Of a stretch of DNA of 10,029 bases, positions 1-6,084 are shown in pieces; positions within the stretch are counted from its first letter, which is position 1, and every line of letters begins with the position of its first letter. The notes beneath the pieces are model-generated. The model searched no databases. It was not told the origin of the DNA and was given only the letters and a program-made list of their open reading frames with translations. The DNA is from Myxococcota bacterium (GTDB lineage: Bacteria > Myxococcota_A > UBA9042 > PHBI01 > JAWLBL01): contig JAWLBL010000059.1 in the NCBI GenBank assembly GCA_041687695.1, forward strand, positions 1 to 10,029, written 5' to 3'. The position numbers were made by a program, and so were the translations under genes.

Positions 1-88
1 CACCGACGCCGCACCCGGAGCTCCCGACCGAAGTGCGGGTGGTACCGGTAGTGGACGGTCAGAGACTCCGGAACATGGGTATCACGGC

Positions 89-230
89 ATGTTGATGCTC
101 GTGACCAATCACTGCCACTTGCTCATGCGGTCGCCACACGGGACGCTTTCGACCGGCATGAGCTTTCTCGGAGCCGAGTACACCAAGCGCGTCGACCGCG
201 CGTATGGCTGGGATGGGCCACTCTTTCGAA
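89..230 (+). pseudogene. Remnant of a RAYT/TnpA_REP-like Y1 HUH transposase
   Basis: Translation LVTNHCHLLMRS..LSTGMSFLGAEYTKRVDRAYGWDGPLFR aligns with LMPNHYHLLVRS..LSEAMKHLSGTYTQRLNQECGWDGPLFR of 6085..7059. Similarity stops after GPLFR, so the catalytic Tyr/NPV region is absent. No recognisable N-terminal HHxxNRG upstream in the window. Confidence 0.85.
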
Positions 231-232
231 AG

Positions 233-244
233 GCAGGGGTCAGG
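233..244 (+). repeat. Solo element-end motif GCAGGGGTCAGG
   Basis: 12/12 identical to the reverse complement of 7065..7076 (outer end of the right IR of the intact RAYT element). It sits exactly where the RAYT remnant loses homology. Confidence 0.6.
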
Positions 245-271
245 GTTCATCACTCGCCGCAGGTCGAACGT

Positions 272-285
272 GGGTAGGCCTACCC
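272..285. repeat. Perfect 14-bp palindrome GGGTAGGCCTACCC (GTAG/CTAC-containing, REP-like)
   Basis: Seen directly, between the RAYT remnant and the stop codon of 300..1442. Function unknown. Confidence 0.45.
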
Positions 286-299
286 CTTCAACCCCCAAC

Positions 300-1442
300 C
301 TACCTGGCGAGCCAGCGGGCGAGGCTCTTCTCGGACGGGTAGACATGCCGCCGGGACCCGACGCGGTAGAGGTACCTGCACCCCTGGCGGCCTGCGCTGG
401 CCACGACCTCCCGGCGCGGCTTCGCGCCGGCGCGGTAGGTGGTCACGCTCAGGTCGACCCCCTCGGCCCCGACCTGGACGCGCTGCGCATTCTCCTCGTT
501 CACGTAGGTGCCACAGTCGACGTGGACGAAGTGCTCGGCGGCCACGCCGATCTTCGAAAGACGCGACAGCTTGCCCACTCCCTTGGTCATCGTGACCCAG
601 TTGCCCTCGGACCTGATGACCGCGAGTAAGGCGCCGCCGTCGTCGGTCGGCGCCTCGGCCAGCCTGGTCTTCTCTGCATAGGCTGAGACGAGCCTCATCG
701 CCCAGTGCGTGTTCAGCTTCTCGACCGACGTCCGCAATGGGATCACCCGTTCCTTGTCCCCGTGGCTCAGCCGCAACGTGAACTCGGCGCTGGGAAGCAC
801 GGCGTCACCGTCGTTCAGCAGGTCCGGTCCCGAACGCAGCCCCGCGAGCTCCATATCGCCGACGACCCCCTCCATGGAGACCTCGAGGTGTGCTCGACCG
901 CTCTCGTCGAACTTTGCCCTGGCGTCGCCGAGGCTGACCTCGACGCCCGGATAGCCCGTCAGTGACACGTGCAGGGTGAGCTGGTCGTCCAAAGTGCCGC
1001 TGAGCGCGCCCTCCTCCCCACCAACGGGTTTCAACGCCGTGTAGAGCACGCGTTGCTCCTTCGGCACGTCGTCGACGGCGGCCCGACGGTACCGGAGATG
1101 CAGAGGCAGTTCGGCCTCGAACGGCTTGGAGACCCACTGAGAGCTGGCGGCGCGGCCCAAGACCTTGCCGGCGATTGGACCCGGCTCGAGCTCCTCGAGG
1201 GGGACTCTCGCGACGAAGTACCCGTCCACGCGGTCGCCGAACCAGACCTGGTCGTCGACGCCGTACATCGGCAAGTTGATGAGCCGGAGCTGCGCGACAT
1301 CCGACCCGGCGGCCGCCTTCACGATCATCGCCTCGTCGTCGAAGGTCGTGCTGACCAGCTCCAGCGCGTCATCAACCTCAGCCTTGCCGCAGGCCGCCGA
1401 GACGGTCACTGCCATGAAGAGGATGACCAGACTGCGTTGCAT
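300..1442 (-). CDS. Hypothetical lipoprotein (380 aa), distant paralog of 1576..2730
   Basis: Long ORF with signal peptide and lipobox-like MQRSLVILFMAVTVSAA-C. GGGAG RBS about 8 nt upstream of the ATG. Shares motifs with the neighbouring ORF. Confidence 0.8.
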   Translation of the reverse strand: MQRSLVILFMAVTVSAACGKAEVDDALELVSTTFDDEAMIVKAAAGSDVAQLRLINLPMYGVDDQVWFGDRVDGYFVARVPLEELEPGPIAGKVLGRAASSQWVSKPFEAELPLHLRYRRAAVDDVPKEQRVLYTALKPVGGEEGALSGTLDDQLTLHVSLTGYPGVEVSLGDARAKFDESGRAHLEVSMEGVVGDMELAGLRSGPDLLNDGDAVLPSAEFTLRLSHGDKERVIPLRTSVEKLNTHWAMRLVSAYAEKTRLAEAPTDDGGALLAVIRSEGNWVTMTKGVGKLSRLSKIGVAAEHFVHVDCGTYVNEENAQRVQVGAEGVDLSVTTYRAGAKPRREVVASAGRQGCRYLYRVGSRRHVYPSEKSLARWLAR

Positions 1443-1575
1443 CCCTCGTTCTCCCTGTTTGCGTCCAAACCCATCACCCAGCGCCCCGTGGTCACGGCCC
1501 GACGCGGCGCTGGCGACGCCAAGGTTCGACGAGCACGCTTGCCGAGCGCTCGACCTCTCGTCCTGGCCGAGAAGT

Positions 1576-2730
1576 TCATTTGCGCGGCCTCGCGACCGCC
1601 ATGACCCATCGGTTCATCGTATCGGGCGGCGGGGACGTCGTGATGCTCTCGTCGACGTCGAGCTGGGCGCCGTGCTTATCGACCCACACGGTGCCAGTTG
1701 GCAGCGGACATCGCCGGCTCCCTTCGAACACCTTCTTCGCCACCTCGGCCCCGTCCCGCGCCCTGTAGATCGTCACGACCTTGTCCTGTGCGAAGTGACT
1801 GACTTTGTAGGAGGCACCAGAGATGTGGCGGCGGGTACAAGTCCCCACCCGTACCGGCTCGTCGCTCGGCTCCACGATGGCCACCAGGGCCATGTCGGAG
1901 AGGCGGTGATCCTCGGTGCCCCAGATCCGATAGCCGTCCACGACCAGAATCCCTCGTTCCGCCTCTCTGTTGGTGGCAAGGCCTCGACCTGCGATGTGGT
2001 CCAGCGTCTTCCGCATGAGCGTCTTGCTGAATTCATGCCGTAGCGTGATCTCGACGCGGTGCTCGCCCGCTGTGACGGCGAGCGGCGCGGCCACCTCCCG
2101 CATGGGAGAGAACGAAGGTCTTCGGACCTCGCCACCGATCTCGGCGAGGGTCGCGTCCCCGATGAGGTGCCACAGCGACAGCGACGCCCGGTGCGGGCGC
2201 AGATCCTTGCCCGCCGTCGTCTCGAGCGGATGCCCGCCGACACTCAGCTGTGCGTCCGCGGGGCCGATCCAAATCAACTCCGCCAGACCTTCGGGCGTCA
2301 GGTCGCACCAGAACCCCTCAGCCGTCCCGCCGTCGGGGCGCACGTACACCTTCTCTCGCCCCTCCTGCTCGGCGCAGCCGAGGATGTGAAATCCCAGGCC
2401 CTCCTCTGCGGCAGGCACCGGTACGAACTTCTCCAGGGTCGCGGATCGCTCGCCCAGCCGGCCGACCACCTTCAGGGTGGTCGTTCCCTGCGACAGGGTC
2501 TCGAGAGGCAGGACGAACATCGAGCGGCCGGCTATCGCCGTGTGGATGACCCCGTTCACGCTCACCTCGTCGACACCGCCGCCGGGGCCATCGATTCCTC
2601 CCCCGGCCGTGACGACCAGCGCGTTGCCTCGCCGCTCCGCCTTCACCCACAGCGCCAGCTCGGGCTTCAAGCAGCCCGGTAGAGCCAGGGCCAACGCGAC
2701 ACCGAACATCATGGAACTCGACCGTAACAT
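1576..2730 (-). CDS. Hypothetical lipoprotein (384 aa), distant paralog of 300..1442
   Basis: Long ORF with hydrophobic leader MMFGVALALALPG-C (lipobox-like). GGGAG RBS upstream (tgcgggagtgagaggATG). Similar length and C-terminal motifs to 300..1442. Confidence 0.8.
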   Translation of the reverse strand: MLRSSSMMFGVALALALPGCLKPELALWVKAERRGNALVVTAGGGIDGPGGGVDEVSVNGVIHTAIAGRSMFVLPLETLSQGTTTLKVVGRLGERSATLEKFVPVPAAEEGLGFHILGCAEQEGREKVYVRPDGGTAEGFWCDLTPEGLAELIWIGPADAQLSVGGHPLETTAGKDLRPHRASLSLWHLIGDATLAEIGGEVRRPSFSPMREVAAPLAVTAGEHRVEITLRHEFSKTLMRKTLDHIAGRGLATNREAERGILVVDGYRIWGTEDHRLSDMALVAIVEPSDEPVRVGTCTRRHISGASYKVSHFAQDKVVTIYRARDGAEVAKKVFEGSRRCPLPTGTVWVDKHGAQLDVDESITTSPPPDTMNRWVMAVARPRK

Positions 2731-3038
2731 CCTCTCACTCCCGCAACTCGCCCTGCCTGCGCTCGCCAGCCACTCTCGGCGTTGCCCAACGCCGAGGCGA
2801 CCGCGTCAGGAGGACGCCTCGATCAACTAGATTTCGACACGTTCGGGACGCGAGACGCCGGAGGCGCTCAGCGGCACGGGGCCCTGATCCAGGGCGCGCG
2901 TGCGAGCCGCGGTCCAGCAGTCCCGCACGCATCAGACCGCGCGTCTCGCGGATCCTGTCGCGAAAAAATCGCTGACTCGGGTTCCGAGGGTCGGGGTTCA
3001 CCCGTTTCGGCGACCAGGAGATGCTCCAAAGCGCACAA

Positions 3039-3122
3039 AGCGCAGGGTCCACGTCCGAAAGAGTCAAATTGCTCCTCTCGAGCGCAGGGGCCACGTCCGA
3101 AATAGTTAGATTGCTCCTCTCG
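3039..3122 (+). repeat. Tandem 2 x 42-bp repeat carrying two left inverted-repeat copies of RAYT element A
   Basis: 3039-3080 agcgcagggtccacgtccgaaagagtcaaattgctcctctcg vs 3081-3122 agcgcaggggccacgtccgaaatagttagattgctcctctcg; 38/42 identical. Confidence 0.92.
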
Positions 3123-3938
3123 GGGACGGCTCGGCACGGTGGACAGCCCGGTTGGAGATGGGCACGGTCGGCTCATGGCGAGGCCACTGCGGATCACCGG
3201 GGCCGGGCTCGTGCACCACATCATGAATCGTGGGACGGCGCGGCGGGACATCTTCGAGGACGACGAGGAGCGGCTCGACTTCTTGCTGGACTTGGCGGAG
3301 ATCAGTGTCCGGTTCGGGGTTCACACGCTCGTGGTCGTGCTGATGGACAACCACTACCACCTCGTGGTCGAGGACGAGGGGAACGCCCTGTCGAACGCCA
3401 TCGGTCATCTGAACCAGCTACACGCGCAGCGGTTCAACGGTCGCCGGGGGCGGGTCGGGGCGCTGTTCCAGGGGCGCTTCAAGTCTCGGTTGGTCCAGGA
3501 GGAGGTCTACCTGGCAGAGCTGGTGCGCTACGTCCATGCGAACCCGGTGAAGGCCGGCATGGTGGCGCGGGCTGGCGACTACGCATGGAGCAGCCATCAC
3601 GTGTACCAGGCCCGCCAGCATCGCTCCGATGGCCAGCCACTACCGCAAGCTCGCCTCGGCCGACCCAGAGCTACAGTCCATCATCGACTCGGTGCGAACC
3701 AGCCTTCACCACGGACCGGAGAGCAGCTCATGACGGCATCACGCCGGCCTGGCGTCAGCAGCGCCCCTTCGACACGCCTGCTTCGAGCCGACCGCCAGGC
3801 GTCGCGCACGCCAGGCAATTTAACTTTTGCGGACGTGGCCCCTGATTTCTAGCAGCGATCCTCCGACACGCCTGCCTCGAGCCGACCGCCACGCGTTTCG
3901 CACGGCAAGCAATTTGACTCTTACGGACGTGGCCCCTG
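3043..3938 (+). mobile_element. RAYT-like element A: Y1 HUH transposase bounded by doubled ~30-bp inverted repeats
   Basis: Outer IR pair 3043-3073 / 3908-3938 (29/31) and inner pair 3085-3114 / 3815-3844 (27/30) enclose the transposase gene. No target-site duplication. Confidence 0.8.
3175..3852 (+). CDS. RAYT/TnpA_REP-like Y1 HUH transposase, probably internally deleted (aberrant C-terminus)
   Basis: Starts MARPLRI and carries HHIMNRG, the HUH motif LMDNHYHL, GALFQGRFKS, catalytic YVHANPVKAG and WSSH. Start placed at ATG 3175 by colinearity with 6085..7059. After about residue 145 the frame reads into non-homologous sequence and the repeat. Confidence 0.88.
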   Translation: MARPLRITGAGLVHHIMNRGTARRDIFEDDEERLDFLLDLAEISVRFGVHTLVVVLMDNHYHLVVEDEGNALSNAIGHLNQLHAQRFNGRRGRVGALFQGRFKSRLVQEEVYLAELVRYVHANPVKAGMVARAGDYAWSSHHVYQARQHRSDGQPLPQARLGRPRATVHHRLGANQPSPRTGEQLMTASRRPGVSSAPSTRLLRADRQASRTPGNLTFADVAPDF

Positions 3939-3939
3939 A
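3757..3939 (+). repeat. Two 89-bp direct repeats (period 94) carrying two right inverted-repeat copies of element A
   Basis: 3757-3845 vs 3851-3939 are 77/89 identical by hand count. Each ends in gcaatttRactYttRcggacgtggcccctga. Confidence 0.92.
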
Positions 3940-4079
3940 GTTTTCGCCGGCAGGACGGCACTGCGGGCGGCGCTCGCGGTGGCCGGCCCCACGTGGCTCA
4001 CGCAAGGCGACGTGACGCGCGAGAGTTACCGGCGCCGCAGCGATCCACGGTTGCTTCCACCCGCCGCACCCATGTAACC

Positions 4080-4118
4080 GTAGGCCCGGGGCGGGCACCG
4101 GCCCGCCTCCGAACCTAC
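4080..4118. repeat. Imperfect hairpin with GTAGG...CCTAC feet (REP-like) directly before an RBS
   Basis: gtaggcccggggcgggc-accg-gcccgcctccgaacctac. The GGAG RBS follows at 4123-4126. Confidence 0.4.
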
Positions 4119-4134
4119 CCATGGAGATCCGACC

Positions 4135-5835
4135 ATGCGCCCGACCGCTCTCCTCGCGCGCCTAGCGACCCTGACCATCCTGGCCGGCCTCGCCGGCGGT
4201 TGCTCGGACGATGCGCAACCCTCACCCGACACCGGCCCCGACGTCACCGAAGACGCGGGGGACGACCTCACCGAGGACGCGGGGGCCGATGTCCCCGAAG
4301 GTGACGGGGGCGTCACCCCGGACGCCGCAGGCGTGGACGCGCCGGGAGGGGACGCCGAGGCCGACGCCGCGCCCGACACGGGGCCGGACATCGTGATCAC
4401 GGGCTGTAAGGCCGACGCCGACTGCGGCGCGTTCAAGTGTGACGTGGCGACGGGCCTGTGCGTCGAGTGCCACGGCGACGCGGACTGCGACGACGGCAGC
4501 CCGTGCACGAGTGACACGTGCGCCGCGGGCAACTGCGCGCACGAGCCGGTGGGCGGCGAGGTGGCGTGTAGCGACGGTAATCCCTGCACGCTGGGCGATA
4601 CCTGCATCGCGGGCGCCTGCCAGGGGACCATGGACCCGGCGTGCTGCGCGCCCCTCGACTGCCCGAAGGACGCGGTTGCGAATGACGCCGACGGCGACGG
4701 GTGTGTCGACACCTGTGTCTGCGCGGACGGGACCGTGCTGAAGCCCGGCGCCGCCTGCCCCAACTGCGTCGCCGACGCCGACTGCGACGACGGCAAGACC
4801 TGCACGGACGATCTCTGCATCGGAAACGTCTGCGAGAACATGCAGATAGCGCCCTGCTGCGACACCACGTGCGACTGCTACGTCAAGAGCGAGCCCCTCA
4901 AGGGCACGTGCTTCGAGCCGTGCTCGGGGTGCGGCAACCACTGGGCGTGCGAGGACGGGATGTGCATCCCGCAGTGCGGTGAGCTGCCGCCGGCGACGGT
5001 CGACTGCGCGTTCGGCTGCAAGGCCGTCTCCTGCGAGCCTCCGCTCGTCGCGTTCGACGGCGACGGCGACGGCTGCGCCGAGCAGTGCGTGTGCGCGCCC
5101 GGCATGGTCACCGAGGGCGACGGCTGCGCCTGCGACCCTGGGTTTGGCTGCGCGAACGGCGCGCTGTCGGTCGACACCGACGGCAACGGCTGCCCCGACA
5201 CCTGCACCGGGGCGTGCGCCAACGCGTGCGAGTGCTACGACAGCGGCGCGACGGCGGGCGCGTCGTGCGCGCCGCTCAAGCCTGGAGCCGGGAAGTTTTG
5301 GGCGTGTGAAGGCGGCACCTGCGTCGAGCAGTGCGGGCCGCTGCCGGTCGAGCTCGAGACCTGTCCCGCGGCGAGTTGCATGGCCTCGAGCGACTGCCTC
5401 GTGGGCGACTACTGCGTGAAGGCGCCGGGCACCTGCGGCGAGGCGGGCACCTGCGCGCCCCGTCCCGAGGGGTGCCTGCCGATCGAGGATCCCGTCTGCG
5501 GGTGCGACGGGACGACCTACGGCAACGCGTGCGCCGCCGCCGAAGCCGGCGTCGCCATCGAAAAGGCCGGGCCGTGCGAGCCGGTCGCGGCGTTCTGCAA
5601 TACCGAGGACAACGGCCAGTGCTTCAAGGGCTTCTTCTGCAACTTCGTTCTCGGGACCTGCAAGGAGAACCTCGCCGAAGGCGCTTGCCTCGAGGTCCCG
5701 ACCGGATGCCCGAAGGTCATCGAACCGGTCTGCGGCTGTGACGGCTCGACCTACGACAACGACTGCACCGCTGCGATGGCCAAGGTCTCCATCCTGCACT
5801 ACGGCGCCTGCGGCGACCCCGTCCCGAAGAAGTGA
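4135..5835 (+). CDS. Cys-rich surface lipoprotein with two Kazal-type domains and DxDG[DN]G Ca-binding-like motifs
   Basis: GGAG RBS and lipobox LAGG-C, followed by an acidic D/A/P/G linker. Contains CDDGxxCTxDxC repeats and DADGDGC / DGDGDGC / DTDGNGC motifs. C-terminal PVCGCDGTTYGNAC and PVCGCDGSTYDNDC match the Kazal consensus. Confidence 0.9.
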   Translation: MRPTALLARLATLTILAGLAGGCSDDAQPSPDTGPDVTEDAGDDLTEDAGADVPEGDGGVTPDAAGVDAPGGDAEADAAPDTGPDIVITGCKADADCGAFKCDVATGLCVECHGDADCDDGSPCTSDTCAAGNCAHEPVGGEVACSDGNPCTLGDTCIAGACQGTMDPACCAPLDCPKDAVANDADGDGCVDTCVCADGTVLKPGAACPNCVADADCDDGKTCTDDLCIGNVCENMQIAPCCDTTCDCYVKSEPLKGTCFEPCSGCGNHWACEDGMCIPQCGELPPATVDCAFGCKAVSCEPPLVAFDGDGDGCAEQCVCAPGMVTEGDGCACDPGFGCANGALSVDTDGNGCPDTCTGACANACECYDSGATAGASCAPLKPGAGKFWACEGGTCVEQCGPLPVELETCPAASCMASSDCLVGDYCVKAPGTCGEAGTCAPRPEGCLPIEDPVCGCDGTTYGNACAAAEAGVAIEKAGPCEPVAAFCNTEDNGQCFKGFFCNFVLGTCKENLAEGACLEVPTGCPKVIEPVCGCDGSTYDNDCTAAMAKVSILHYGACGDPVPKK

Positions 5836-5844
5836 CGACGACGC

Positions 5845-5909
5845 CCGAGCGCCTCGACCGATGAGTCGCTCGGCCGGAGAGCGGGAGGGCGCGTCGTCCT
5901 CTCGCTCTC
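5845..5909 (+). terminator. Two adjacent GC-rich hairpins after the lipoprotein stop (possible terminator/mRNA 3' structure)
   Basis: 5845-5873: ccgagcgcctc/gagtcgctcgg (10/11 paired). 5877-5909: gagagcgggagggcg-cgt-cgtcctctcgctctc (15-bp stem with 2 G.T pairs). No U-tract follows. Confidence 0.45.
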
Positions 5910-5956
5910 TGCGCGCTCCCGGCCATCCCGCAGACGTCCGAGCGCTAGGGAGCGCT

Positions 5957-5988
5957 AGGGGTCAGGTCGTTTCATATGTCACTTTCCG
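5957..5988 (+). repeat. Left inverted repeat of element B
   Basis: aggggtcaggtcgtttcatatgtcactttccg; one mismatch (5978) to the reverse complement of 7043-7074. Confidence 0.95.
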
Positions 5989-6084
5989 ACGCCCGGGAAC
6001 AGGCCCTCTCCCCTTTCATGAAGCCTGGTCTGCGGGCGCTAGCTGCCCCTTGCGTGGCGCACCTCGACGCGGCAGAATCTTCTC

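Noticed and set aside
204..2830. Plus-strand ORFs over the lipoprotein pair (e.g. 969..1604, 1165..2043, 2059..2682)
   Set aside because: Antisense to genes that have an RBS, a lipobox and mutual homology; their composition is typical of shadow frames.
3139..3174. GTG start at 3139 for transposase A
   Set aside because: Ungapped alignment with B and the family N-terminus MAR.LRI place the start at ATG 3175.
2735..3251. Small ORFs across the intergenic/IR region (2735..3094, 2782..3105, 2868..3251)
   Set aside because: Their peptide repeats (GPRPK, REEQ) merely translate the 42-bp DNA duplication; no coding evidence.
3600..3615. Programmed frameshift in transposase A
   Set aside because: No slippery run is visible, and even a shifted product would lack about 140 residues relative to B. 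A deletion is the simpler explanation.
3039..3939. CRISPR-like array from the ~30-bp repeats
   Set aside because: Only two copies per side, inverted between sides. The sequence between repeats is itself duplicated rather than unique spacer, and there are no cas genes.
4026..5799. Long antisense ORFs 4026..4868 and 4222..5799
   Set aside because: Shadows of the Cys-rich CDS caused by high GC3; no recognisable motifs.
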